Source: Vicugna vicugna (Eukaryota). From it: 64,000 bases of DNA. Numbering within the stretch: the first letter of the stretch is position 1; every line of letters begins with the position of its first letter. Positions 37,933 to 50,640 of this stretch are shown in pieces. Location of the stretch: assembly GCA_013265495.1 (NCBI GenBank), contig MU057880.1, positions 774,527 through 838,526 on the forward strand, in the 5' to 3' direction. Below the pieces are notes generated by a model that was given only the letters and a program-made list of their open reading frames with translations, was not told the origin of the DNA and ran no database searches. The translations under genes and the position numbers were made by a program.

Positions 37933-38665
37933 ACCAGCGACTGATGAGCGCATCACGCCATCCCCCCCGTGGGGGCCCAGGGCAGCTCTGCGCTACCGAG
38001 AGAAACACACGGACACAAAATACAAGAGCTCACGACGTATCCTGGCGTGTCAGAAACGGAATCTAGGACGTCATCCAATTGCCTCTGACATTTTAGCTCG
38101 AGTCTGCCAAGCCGTCTCCTTTGAAACCTGAGGACCTGGTTGGGGTGGAAGTCCCTCGGAGATAAGACTGTGACAGTGTGTGCGACGGTCGCAATGTTAT
38201 GTCAAGAGGAGAGAACATGGTTGCCTCTGATGTGACTTGGCCAAGAAACTTCCCGTCTTTATGCCGCTGGCATGGCCCAATGTCTACTCTCAACAGAGCC
38301 TCTGTGAGCCCTCAAGGGGCAGCCCGGAGTGTGCAGCAGACGACAGGCGTGCAGACGGGCGTCATACTCCCCGCCGGCCCCACACTCTGCACACGACCGA
38401 CAACTGCAGACTTAACCACAGGACAAGCCACCAGGCAGCCTCTTCCACACACAAGGGGGCAGGTGATTGGTGACTTGGGGGCTAGGAAGGAATTTTTCTC
38501 TGAAATATTCTAGATTATAGAACATAAGATTCTTGGGGATCATGTAAGCACCAACTTGTTAGCCGTCCTATAGAGGATAACTCTGGCAAGTTCCATAGCT
38601 TGATTAAACTGATCTTGAGTAAGAGGATGCTGCGTGAGAAAACACCTTTCAAAGAGACCCTCACC

Positions 38666-39163
38666 CAACGGCCCACACAACTTAGTAACAAAAACCCAAC
38701 CTAATCCCAAAATGGGCAGAAAACCTAAACAAGCAGCTCTCTGGTGAAAACATATGAATGACCAATAGGCACACGAAAAAATGCTCAATATCGCTAATTA
38801 TCAGAGAAATGCAAATCAAAACTACCATGAGGTATCACCTCACACCAGTCAGAAAGGCCATCATTCAAAAGTCCATGAATGATAAATGCTGGAGAGGCTG
38901 TGGGGAAAGGGAACCCTCCTACACTGCTGGTGGGAATGCAGGTTGGTGCAGCCACTGTGGAAAACAGTATGGAGATTTCCCAAAAGACTAAAAATAGACT
39001 TATCAAAGATCCAGCAATCCTGCTCCTGGGCATATATCTGGAGGAAACTCTAATTTGAAAAGATGCATGCACCCTAGTGCTCATAGAGCACTATTTACAA
39101 TAGCCAAGACATGGAAACAGCCTAAATATCCATCGACAGATGACTGGATACAGAAAGTGTGTG

Positions 39164-39194
<31 letters not shown>

Positions 39195-39692
39195 ACGGAA
39201 TACTACTCAGCCACAAAAATAAAATAATGTCATCTGCAGCAACATGGATGGACCTGGAGATCATTTGAAATGAAATAAGCCAGACAGAGAAACAAAAATA
39301 CCATATGATATCCCTCATATGTGGAATCTAAAAAAAGGAAAGGGAAAAAAAAGGACACTATGAACTCATCTACAAAACAAAAACAGACTCACAGACTTAG
39401 TAAACAATCTTACGGTTATCCGGGGAAAAGGGGTGAGAGGGGATAAATTGGGGAGTTTGAGATTTACAAATGTTAGCCACTATATGAAAATAGACTTTAA
39501 AAATTTCTTCGGTATAGCACAAGGAGGTATGTTCAATATCTTGTAATAACATTTAATGAAAAAGAATATGAAAATGAATACATGTACGTATATGTATGAC
39601 TGGGGACACTGTGCTGTACGCCAGAAACTGACACATTGTAACTGATGGCACTTCAATAAAAACAAAAAATAAAAATCAAACAAAAAAACCCC
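38666..39692 (+). mobile_element. 5'-truncated LINE-1 (~1.03 kb) with perfect TSD
   Basis: ORF2 C-terminal peptides ([36 protein letters not shown]), 3'UTR and A-rich tail; AAAGAGACCCTCACC duplicated at 38651-38665 and 39693-39707; internal (TG)n at ~39165-39194. Confidence 0.95.
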
Positions 39693-42013
39693 AAAGAGAC
39701 CCTCACCGATGGTGACAGCACCATGACTTAGTGACAGCAGCCTTCGTGTGGCTTCAAGTAAGGCTCTGACTGGTCGCAAAGAGAAAACGGGTGATTCTTG
39801 CCACGATGGTCACCTTCTCAGCATCCGCTCTTGGTTAAACATCCTCAGATCCCCTATGTTATCCTTCTGTGTCCTTAGGAGCCAAGGCCCACCTCCATCA
39901 CCACACCTCCATGTCCTTGAACTGAAGATTTAAGCAAGCTAAGCTAGTCCTTGGCCAACCCACCCACTTCTGGACGGCTGAGAGCCGTCTGCCAGGATGC
40001 AGATGTGTGGACTGCTGACCAGTGCCCAGTCTCACATCCACGCAGAGGAAAGAGCCCTGCTGGTCACCTGCCTCCTCCTGTCTATACAACCATCCAGAAT
40101 ACAAGATACTAAATTTCCAGCATCCTGACTTCCCTGATGTCAGATTTACAGAGATGGACAGACAGAACCTCCCACGGCGGCCAGGCTGGCCCTTCCTATG
40201 GTGAGTCTGAAGCTCCTGCAGCCAGCCCAGCCCCCTTGCCCTCTCCCGGCTCATCCCCACTGCAGACGCCCCCTCCTCCAGGAAGCCTCTGTGCATCGCC
40301 CCATGCCTCCCCCTACAGTGGGCTCTCCGTATCACCTGTTGGATTTTGGTCCCTGAAGGACAGGGGCTGTGTCCTCTCTGCTGCTGCTGAGAGTTTCCTT
40401 CATCCTTGACGTCCCGGAACTCAATGTGGGTTTCTCTCTATTCACCCTACTTGGGAGTTAGTGGGCTCCTTTAATCTGAACGATCGCAGTCATGCTTTCT
40501 TCCCACACTGTTTCTCTTTCTCCCCTTCCGTATGTGCTACAAAATCATCTCGTTTCAGCCTCCACGTCTCTTACTTGCTCTCTCATAATTTTTCCTGTAT
40601 TTTTGTCTCAGAGCTACAGAGAGAGAGCATTGTACCGAGTGTCTCCTTCATGAATTCTAATTCTCTCTGGCTGTATTTAATCTGCTCTGCTTTTTAACCT
40701 GTCCCTTGAGTTTTAACTTCCATGACTGTATTTTTCCATTTTAGCAGCTCTTTTTAGTTCTTTAACAAATCTACACAATCATGTGTTGTATCAGACCATC
40801 TTTTCTCAAGGTTCTGGTTCCTTCTTTTTACACTGGAGCCATTTTAAAGTAGTTACTCGGCAGTTGTTTCAGATTATTCTAGGAGGGCGAAGCCTCCTGC
40901 CTGTACCCCTGCATCATGGCTGGTAATTTCTAACCGTGAGTCCATCTTGCTGGAGTTGTTTGTTTTATGTTCCACGTGTGTTCCCTGGAAGCAGGTCCTC
41001 CACTGGTGGTGGAGGAGAGAGAATCAATCGTTCTGGTCTACCAGACACTGCTGAGGGAGCCTGTGGCTGGGGTGCAGGGGAGACACCTGCCCTTCTGCCT
41101 GTTCCTGCCGGGTGCCCTGCAGACCCATGTGCCGCTCCGGGGATGCCACAGAAGGCAGGCCAGTCACTTGCGGAGGAAGGAGACAGCTTAAAGTCAAGGG
41201 AAGGGGCTCAGGGTCAAAAAGGTCATTGGAGTAAAGTTCTGTGAGGATGTGTGTGATGCCACAATAAAATGTGAGAAGGCTAGGAGCTTTTTTTTTTTTT
41301 TCAGAGAATGGCACAGACATCCAAATATTTTGCACACAATGAAAAAATTGGGGAAAACATCAAAATCAGCAACGTGTCTAATATTTACAAAATACAAGAG
41401 GAATTATGCCTGAGAGACATAGACTAAACTTTTTATTCTCCTTTAGGGGAAGAAAATGAGCACAAAAGCCAGAGCGTCATATCTGAAAGCATCACCCTCC
41501 CCCTTCACCCTCTAAAGAAAGGCCCTCGTCTGCTTCTCTCGCTCTGGAAGGCAGGGTCATGGCCACGATCACAGCCTTACGTGGAGGAGCCCGCACCCCC
41601 ACACCCAGTCCTGTGGGAACCCTTGGATGTCCTGGAGCCTGGGAGAGGTGCTGGGACACACAGGGGTGCACACAGCCCCCCTCCTGCCCTGGGGCCCATA
41701 GGCCTGGCGGGACAAGGACGTGCCAAGGGGCCTGGGGTGGCTTCAAAGAAGAGGCAATGTTGGAGCAGGTCCTGTAGAAGGAACAGAGGCTGGTCCGATG
41801 ATGCCAGAGGGAGAGGGAGTCAGGGAGGGCAGGCCAGGAGGAGATGGGCCATTGAAGGATGGCTCACGGCATACTGTGCCGGAAAGGAGGCACGTGCAGG
41901 GCTGTGCGCGTGTGTGTCCACAACCGAGGACATAAAAGGGGCAATTCTAGCCAAGGAGCCTGGATGCTGCTCTCCAGGAGAAATGGCCCGGGAGAGAGAA
42001 GAGTAAATGATCA

Positions 42014-42150
42014 GGGGGGAGGGCGCAGCTCAGTGGTGGGGTGTGTGCTTAGCATGCACGAGGTCCCGGGTTCAACCCCCAGTACCTCTGTGAAAAATAA
42101 ATAAATAAACCTAATTATCTCCCCCACCAACAAAGATTGGGGAAAAAAAA
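42014..42150 (+). mobile_element. Vic-1-like SINE
   Basis: ggggagggcgcagctcagtggtggggtgtgtgcttagcatgcacgaggtcccgggttcaacccccagtacctc...aaataaataaataaacctaattatctccccc; A- and B-box visible. Confidence 0.9.
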
Positions 42151-44741
42151 GTAACCAATCAAATCCACATTGGAGGAGGAGCCCTCCGTGGCCCCGTGCA
42201 GGACGACTGGGCACAGGTGCTGGCTGGAAGGTCACTGCGCTCACGGTGAGGAGGGAGGGGGCCATGAAGCCCGCAGACTGGAGCGGGCGCTACGGGAGAG
42301 ATCAGTACTGTTTCCACGTCGTTAGAACGATAGTCCGCTATAGGAGACACATGTTAACATCATACCCAGTTTGCACGCTTATACTGAGTGTCCATCGGTG
42401 CCTGTGTGTCTGTACACGTGCACACACGCCCCGAAGGTTTCACTGGATGGTAAGACGGCGCTGCAGGCCCGTGGCCCCGCCACACACATCGCCCAGCACA
42501 GGGGTGAAGGCAGCGAGGGGTGCTCTGAAGCAGCAGCCCCATCCCCAGAAACACTCCCCACAGCACTGTGTCGGGTTGCCACTGACAGGAGGCCACCCCA
42601 GGGCCGTCTGTTACGGAGGTGATGACTGATCACTCGCTGGGACTCGCTGTTGTTTTGGGAGACTTCCTGGTCCATCAGGCTTACTTAGCTATTCACAGGC
42701 CTACATCCCACAGAGCGCTCAGCACCACTCCTGATCTGTGCTGCGGCTTTCTGCGGATATTTCTGGAGTCAGTCTGTTGCTCCTTCAAAAATGAAATGAA
42801 AGAGGCTGCTACACCCAACTGCCGCCTGGTATTGTGGATTTTGCTGAAAATGCCTGAGGCCCTGGAGCTCGGTTTCTTGAAGAGAACCATTAACACAGGA
42901 CGTGAATTCCGGTCCTGATGCCCCACCGCTGCAGAGCGGGGTGCCTGGCCTGCTCCTGACCACATCGCTGGCGGAGGAAGAGTGGCCCTTGTCCGCGCTG
43001 AATGGGTGGGTGACTGGGTTCTGTCCTGGCAGCCCCATGGGAGCCTTCCGGGAAACTCATTCACAAAGCACGGCCACCTGTGTAACTGTAACTGCTGACA
43101 GCCATCAGGCGTCCGGTGAAGTCCCAGGCACCACGCTACACACTGCATACGCCTCATCACGCGGTCTTCACACCGGACTTTAAGTCCTGTTATTTCCTAA
43201 AAGATGAAGCTAAGGCCTAGAAAATTAAAGAAACCTGCCAAAGGCCACGAAACCACAGGGGATGAGCCGTCACTCAGATTCAGGTGTGCCTGCCTTTAGA
43301 AGCCGAAGTTTTAACTGCTAAGTGATTATTTTATCTGTTCCTCTAAACATGTGTTTCTGAGACTTAGCGAGACCCACTGATTTCCTTAAGGAACAGCGAA
43401 CGGGTGGTGATGCCGAAGCCATCAGTGTAGAGTCGGTGCCCCTCCACCACCCCACAGCTACCTGTAATTTAATACCCTGACCCAGCCCTGGTCAGCAGTG
43501 CCCCCAGCAGTGGGGCACCTGGGAGAAAACACAAAGAGAGAAAAAGTTCCTGGAGGGTCAGAGGCACGAAGGGAAGCTGGCTCTCTCACCCTCTCTTGCC
43601 CACATCACCATCTCTAGTCAAAAGGAAAATAGAAGAAAGAAGCCACGTTTAGATGTGGCAGAAAAGAAAAAAAGAAACTAAATATGATGTTGGCCTAATT
43701 TAAGGCAGCTGTGTAATCTATATGTTAGGAGGCAGAGCAACAGTTCAAATGACAGAAAAGAGGGAGACGGTGGATTAAACAAGATCATGTGTTTAAATAT
43801 TTAAAAACCATCAGAATCTTCCCATGTGAAAGCCGATAATAAAAACAGAAATAAAGTTAATGTGTCTTTCTTTGATAAGAGCCTACAATAAGGAAAGGCA
43901 TGAAAAGAAGTTCTTAGAATTGGAAGCTCCAGACACCATCTCTCAGTGAGAGAAGGAACCCATGAGCCGGCCCACCGCGGTTATAAAAGTTCACATTTAC
44001 ATGGGACAGATTTTACAGTCCAGTCACACACAGGCCTCGACAAGAGATTGGTAACTGAAATCAACTGCTTTTCAACAATTACTAAAAATTCCTCTTTAAA
44101 AACAATTGTGAATATCAAAGCTGGACGAAGTCTGGCATGAACAGAAAGATATTCAAAAAAAAGCAAGTGATGGTAAAGCCATGTACGCTGATCTCTTCTT
44201 CCTCCATCAGCTCTAACTCTGGTCCCGCACTCCGTCTTGGATCTTTGCTTCTTTCTCTGGGACCACACTCAAGAATTTAAACAGTGACTAGGCTAATGGA
44301 GCAGTAAATTCAATAGAATGTCCCCCCACCTCCTTATTCATTTCTCAACAAATATTTGTCAATGGTAGTTGAAAGTAAGGCTGTCTTCACTTAAACACTG
44401 CCACAGACCAGAGTCCCAGTCTGAGAAGTGGTTTACGTGGAACGCTTACTTCAAAAGCAGAATTCATTCTGAGGAACGTGCCAAGTAAAATGGGAACTCC
44501 ACTAATGCCACTGGATACACTCTGAATGTATTAAAAGTCTGAAGATACTTTTATGACCCCTCCACAATTTCCTATTAACACCTAGGCCTGGCTGCACTGT
44601 GGATGTGCCACAATTTGACACAATATCGGCTTATTATGCCCAATAAGTTTCCACCTCTCAGGCTGACCGCAAAGTATAAAGAGATGTGAACAGCTGTAGT
44701 GTGAAAACACTACTACTGAAAGGAAGAGGAAATGAGAGATG

Positions 44742-44873
44742 AAAAGCCTTTCAGAGAACAGAGAGAAAGTGTTTTTTCTTTTTTTTTTCTCCTTTAATTT
44801 AAGAATTAAAAGCCTTTCAGAGAACAGAGAGAAAGTGTTTTTTCTTTTTTTTTTCTCCTTTAATTTAAGAATT
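44742..44873. repeat. Perfect 66-bp tandem duplication (2 copies)
   Basis: aaaagcctttcagagaacagagagaaagtgttttttcttttttttttctcctttaatttaagaatt at 44742-44807 and 44808-44873, identical including the T10 run. Confidence 0.97.
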
Positions 44874-46049
44874 ACAGAGCCAGATGGTCACCATGAAAAC
44901 CTAACAAGCAAACACCTGAACTTGTCAGCCTGTGGAAAATCTCAAAAGGGTCATGAATGGTTCTGCAGTTGGTGAGTTCAAGGAGGGGCATCGAGCAACA
45001 GATGCCGTCTCCAGGGTATTCGGACGACAGCCCGTCAGAAGCAGAACACAGGGCTTCACAGGAGGAGGGCGCACCGAGCAACACAGATATTCTCACAGAG
45101 CAAACAGACACAGACAGGAGAGAAAGCCCACAGGGTTTGCATATGTGATCATAAACACAAGGTGCCAACAGACAAGGAGAGGAGGGCCTCTCACTCCCTG
45201 GATAAATGTGCGCGGGTCTCTGGAATCACTGGGGCTCCCCACGTGGTTACCACAGCCTGGAGATAGCTCTGCACACGAGGGCACCTCCTCTCTCTAAGCC
45301 AGGGATGGACCAGCCTCAGACGATGGACAAGTCCCAGTGCTCACACAACTACGAGGATAAAGTGGAGGCATTCCATCCTCACAGAGACAAAAGTCACGTC
45401 ACCAGCTTCCTTCCAGGGACCTCCTGGGCGGGTGAGGTCACAGCAAAGGGCAGGGCCGCCCCTCCCTGGCTGCCCTCCTCCCCCAGGGGGTGAGAACATC
45501 AGCTTCAGGGCTGCCTTTTCCTCCCCTTCTACACGAATGTCTTCCTCCTGCTTGGCCTGTGCCTGATGGATGCCTGGTCTCCACAGAGGAGATGCTCGAG
45601 GCCAGAGAGAAGACGTACTGCCTTGTGGGTCACCGCGCGAAAAGAGTTTGCTACATGGGGGAAGGCGGTAACCAGCCAAATTCCAACTCTCCCAAAGCCA
45701 CGAGGACTTCCCCTGTTGTACAAAACATAGTATGTTTCTAATACACGACATCTGTCTGTGCACAGCTGCCCCGGAGCAGCTTGGCTAAGAGCAGGCCTCA
45801 GGCTGACAGTCTCCTTAACTGCTGGCCTGGCCACGCTGCAGAGAGCAGAATGGCACTGGGCAGCCACCGCCAGGCAGTTCTCCAGTAAGACGTGTTAGTC
45901 TTTACACAGTCATCCTCATGCAACCATCAGAGTGAGCTTCATGACAAACGGGTGAAAATAAATCACTTTTAGGAACTTGGAGAGATCGGATAAGAAGCAA
46001 ACCATATGTGACAACTCTTTGGTCCTCCCTGTGATGGCTGTAATTGTCA

Positions 46050-46400
46050 CCACCTGTGCCGTTTGCTCTGTCTGCCCACCCCTGCCTCCCCCGGCCGCCC
46101 TGTGCCCTCCTCTGTCCAGCATGGCCCCGGGAGGTGACCTCTGGACTGCAGAACTATCTGCATCAGCCATGGCCTTGCTCTGTGGCTTCTGGCTGGGCTC
46201 AGCCAATGGGAGGCACCGGAAGAGCTCAGAGGCAGGAGCAGAGGGATGTTGGGGTCCCTCCTTCACCCTGTGCTCCTGTAGCCAGGCAGCCCCTCTTGCA
46301 CCCCTCGCTGCTTTGGGCCCCCATGCTCAGCCTCCAACTGCTGCTAGTCCTGGGTGCCTTGGCAGCCCGCGTTCCTCCCGTAACCCTGCCCATGGAATCT
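46050..46400 (+). mobile_element. LTR33/LTR16-like (ERVL) fragment
   Basis: tgtggcttctggctgggctcagccaatgggaggcaccggaagagctcagaggcaggagcagag resembles the LTR33/LTR16 core; boundaries approximate. Confidence 0.55.
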
Positions 46401-46485
46401 CCACCACCAAGCCAGTAACTGCACTCTCTCGGGTCTGAGCACCTGCTGCTGACCCACCCCCTGGCTCCCCGCTGGCATCACTCAC

Positions 46486-46642
46486 GTGGACTGTGTGGAC
46501 CAGGTCGGCCGCCAGGCACTGCTTCAGCCGCTCGTCGCTGCCGGTCCCGTGAAGCACCAGGTCGGGCACGTAGGTGGGGCAGTAGCCCGCCAGCAGGGAG
46601 CGGCCAAAGTTTCTCACGTTCGGGTTGCTGATGCTCTGAGAC
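46486..46642 (-). CDS. FNIP2: FNIP2 coding exon 14, 157 nt
   Basis: gtgtcgtcctag|G TCT CAG...GTC CAC|gtgagt; [52 protein letters not shown]. Confidence 0.97.
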
Positions 46643-47410
46643 CTAGGACGACACGGGCTGTTAGAACACACCACCAGCGCGTGCCCCTTCTTGCACTGCC
46701 GTTGGGCCTGAACCGCGGGGGTGCGGGTAAGAAGTCGGATTCAGGTGGTACCTATCGGGACCCCTCCAGTAAGCGGGGCATTGGTGCGCCTGCCACAAAA
46801 GGAAAGGAGTGTAGAGGAAGAAGGGTTTCCTTAAAGGGGAAGAGCAGGAAAAAACGAGCATTCTGACAGCTGGTTGAGTCTGTTCCTGTGCCTCACACAG
46901 CACATCACCAGCAGGCAAGAAAGGGGAAGTCTCCCGAGGGGCTCTTGCCAAGCCTGGCTCTGGGAGCTGGACACAGCTGCACATCCGTCCCGGACAGGGA
47001 GGAACACAGAGATCTCTGCTTCCGGCTCCGGGCCCCACAGAACAAACCGCCGACCTGCCTCAGTGTTACGAAGAGGTGGTGCTTCCCGGCCCCTTCACAC
47101 TGCTCCGGCTGCAGGCGGCGGGGTGTGACCCGCCACCACTGAGGCGCGACAGGAGACGGCCCTCCCCGCTCCCCAAAGCCACCGCATCCGTCCCTCCCTT
47201 CCCCCAAACGTCTCAAGAGCCGCAAAGGCCCTGCAGGCCGCCTGGCTTATAGCTCGGCTGCTCTAATCCCCCATCGTCCCCAGAGGAAGGGCAGGCCCGA
47301 ACCTCCGAGAACGCAACCCTGACCGCAACACCACGCAGAGCGGCAAAGACGCGCGATGTTCGTCCCAGGAACCGCCCCTGAGCCTCGCCTTCTGTTCCTA
47401 CCCGAGTTAC

Positions 47411-48599
47411 CTGGGCAGCGGCAGCTCCACCTCCAGGGACCCTTCCGTCAGGTCAGGGTCGTGGTCCCCGCCGCCGCCGGGATCCAGAAGCGGGGAGGCG
47501 GAAGCGCACGCCTCGTCGTCACTGTCCCCGAGGGCGCTGTCCGAGCTCTCGTTCCTGGGGATGCTTCCTTCCACCCTGAAGCCGGCCCCCCTGGCGGCGT
47601 CCCCATGGGGGACAGCGTCCCGCGGGCCACACGCGCTGGGGCCCTGCTGGGGCCACGGCCCGTCCCCGCCCGGCGCAGGGGCGCACGCGGCGGCATCCTC
47701 CGCACCCCCGGTCCTGACGCTGCGGGTCGCGGAGGCACCGCCGCAGTCCTCGGAGGGCGGGAGGCCAGGCCCGCAGGGGCACCCGGACGCCCACTGGCCC
47801 TGGGCCGCGTCGGCGGCCGCCCTGCACCCGGCCGAGGGCCACCGCGCCGGCTCCAGGCCCCGTCCGCAGGCCTTCAGCCGCTCCCCCATCCTCTGGGTGC
47901 GACTTTCAAAGTCCGACTCTGGCGACACGGAGCTTCCAATGTGGAAGGTGACCTTCTCCCGGGGCGGCGGCTCCCGGGAAGGCCTGTCGGGGCACGGCCT
48001 GGCCGCGGAGCGCTCCGGCAGCTTCCTAGGCATCTCGGGCCTCCGCTCCTCGCCTGCCGCGCGTGGGCCCACCTTCGGTCCCGCCGCCGAGCCCGCACAG
48101 CCCGAGAGCCTGGCAGCGCCGCCCTGCGGGGCCCCGTGTTCACTCTCTGCATTCCCACCCGTCGCGCCCGGAGGATGCCCGGCGCCGTCCAGGGCTGGCG
48201 CTGGGGACCCCGCGCCGCCGGCCTCGGGACTCTGCTCGGGCCTCCGGCTCCCTTCTCTGTCAAGCGTGGGACGCAGGTCAGAGCCCTCCGGGGGCCCCTC
48301 AGGCGCGGTCGGGGGCAGGATGGGCGGCAGCAGGGCCGGCTCGCTCCGCACTGTGACCACCACGTACTCAGACTCCTCCACCTGCCCCCTCTCCAAGGCT
48401 GTGGTGATGCTGCACCCGTTCAGCACCTGGTCGGCCTCGCCGGGGGGCCCGCCCCAAGTCAGCTGGTTCTCTTGCAGCTCGGAGCAGCGCAGGAAGTAGG
48501 TCAGGACGTACAGGATGCGCTGGACCAAGTCCTTCTGCTTCCCCACCACCACCGTGCGCGTCAGCCTCACTGGAGAGCCGATGGCTCCGTACAGATCGC
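47411..48599 (-). CDS. FNIP2: FNIP2 large coding exon 13, 1189 nt (DENN segment plus long disordered loop)
   Basis: tgccctccag|GC GAT CTG TAC...CCC AG|gtaact; [43 protein letters not shown]...EKVTFHIGS...[17 protein letters not shown]...SLEVELPLP(R); corresponds to ORF 47407..48570(-). Confidence 0.97.
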
Positions 48600-48778
48600 C
48601 TGGAGGGCAGAGCAGACCGACACAAGGACAGTCATCTGGGTGAGCGAGTCAAGGGCACATCAGCCTGAAACCTGGAATCGCTGCTTCACTCCCCTGACTG
48701 AGGCAAAGAGGCAATTCTGAGTGCTGACAGTATTTCAGTTTTCCTCTAGGATGGAAAGTCTGCCTGGGAAGGCCTGCC

Positions 48779-48922
48779 GGGTGCAGCCCCGCTTTTGTTG
48801 CTCAGGTGCACTGCTGGTGTATACTGGGTGCAGTGCAGGGCTGGTGCACAGAGGGTGCAGTGCATGGTGGGTGCAGTGCACAGCAGGTGCAGTGCTGGCG
48901 TAATTCTGGTGCAGTGCACAGT
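48779..48922. repeat. Degenerate minisatellite built on GGTGCAGTGC
   Basis: Five copies of GGTGCAGTGC with irregular spacers plus partial copies. Confidence 0.8.
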
Positions 48923-50239
48923 CCCTAGCAATGCTTGCTGGGTCTTTCCATGCAGCTTAGTAAGCTGCCCGGCTCCCATCTCCCCAAGGAAGGCTAAACC
49001 AGAGCCCTGAATGTGTGACCAAATCAAAATAATTTATCTTGGGACTAGAATGAGATCTCTTTAGAAGACTCCCAGGACAGTAGGCCTCGGCGTGAAATCC
49101 CAATGCCGGGATCTCTGAAGAGAAGTGCAGTGGATGTTCAAAATGCTTAATGAAACGGTCTGCTCACTGCACACGCACACCAAGTAGAAGAAACTCACTT
49201 AGTCGTAAATAATGAATCTGAGTTTTTTTCCTATTACTTCACAGGAAAATTCTACTGGAAAACAATGTCCCACAAGTTATACCCCGACACACTCATTAAA
49301 AACTGGCTAATGAACGACGGACACTCAGCTTAAAGGTGGAAGAAGAAAGGCAAACGTGTGGAGCAACCCAGCAGCGGGGCTTCTCCTCACAAGTGCCTGT
49401 CACGTGCCTGCCTATCAAAATGAGTGCCTTTGATCCTTAATCGGAATGTTACACTTGACAGCTGCACCTTTGATGCTCTGCTATTATTATTATTGACAAT
49501 TACAACCAAAAGCTAACGCTTACTGACTGCACAGGAGCACTGCTGAGTGTTTCATGTTTTACACGGATTTATCTTGTTTACATCTCTGCATAAGCATCCC
49601 TGAGTCAGAAACCATGTGGGATTAATCAGGATATTGCAATAGATCAAAAAATCAAAGGATTCTAAATAAAGGAGCAGAGATACATGGTAATAGTTATAAA
49701 TAAGAACTCAGGGAGTTGGACTCCGTCCGAGAGAGGAGGGGAGGCATTTATGCAGCATATACTGGATAAAACTAATGGCCAAGTTGCAAACCAAGAGAAA
49801 GGGAGAGGATCCCCCTAGAAGTGCCTCCTCTGGAAAAGATTCCCTGGGGTAGGGCTCTAGAGAACAGGTAAAAGGTGGGACGGAAGTGATATGAAACCAT
49901 CCTCTCTATAAAAGGACCAAGTCACAGCTAATAGAACTTCATCTCTGAGGCTTTTGCAACTGACTGAAAAATCACCCAAGAATTCAAAAGAGTAACTCAG
50001 AATTGTCATCTGATGCGAGGACAGGCACTTCCGTTCAGGAAAACTTGCTTGACTAAGGATTTATTGCTGTTACTTCCTGTGATCACATCTGCCCATCATT
50101 GTGGGGACTCACGGCCACCTCAGGACTTCCTGGGGCGCCATTGTTAAATCAGTCCCAGTGTTAATAAAGAAGTATTACATATCCCAAATCTAGCAAAAAA
50201 CAAAAACAAAAAAACCAAACCACCTCACTGTGGAAAGGC

Positions 50240-50640
50240 AACTCAATGAGAAGAAAGGAAGGGGTAAAAAGAGTGTGTGCAGGTGAAACAGAGAGAGTCC
50301 AAAACCGGGAGTGCATGGAAGCAAGAAGGGGCAGGACAGATGGACAGGGACAGGGGGACACAGGTGTGGAGGAGGGGTGGCACGGGGCGGGGAGGGTGAA
50401 GAGAAGACAGAAATAACAGAGAGGGGAGGAGATGGAGGAGCAAAAAGAGGGTGAGGTGGGCAGGGAGGGTGAAACACACCTCGGATAAGATCACAGGGAG
50501 CAGGAGGGGAAAGAGAAGAAACAAACTAGAGACAAGAGAACAAGACAGCGGAGGGAGGGAGAAGCGCTCAGGACACAAATCGAGAGGGTACAGGGGTTGG
50601 CAGGAATGGGGGGCTGAGAAAACAGGAGACAAGGAGAGGA
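50240..50640. repeat. GA-rich low-complexity tract
   Basis: Strong purine bias on the plus strand (gagaagacagaaataacagagaggggaggagatggaggag...). Confidence 0.8.

Noticed and set aside
44742..44873. Direct repeats as a CRISPR-like or prokaryotic system
   Set aside because: Only two adjacent copies with no spacers, in clearly mammalian intronic DNA.
47356..48720. Long plus-strand ORFs (454 aa and 312 aa) antisense to FNIP2 exon 13
   Set aside because: They are shadows of a very GC-rich coding exon in which stop codons are rare; the products are low-complexity Arg/Gly/Pro/Ala-rich with no recognisable domain.
49590..50150. Possible old LTR-like element in intron 12
   Set aside because: No termini, TSD or family motif I could identify with confidence.
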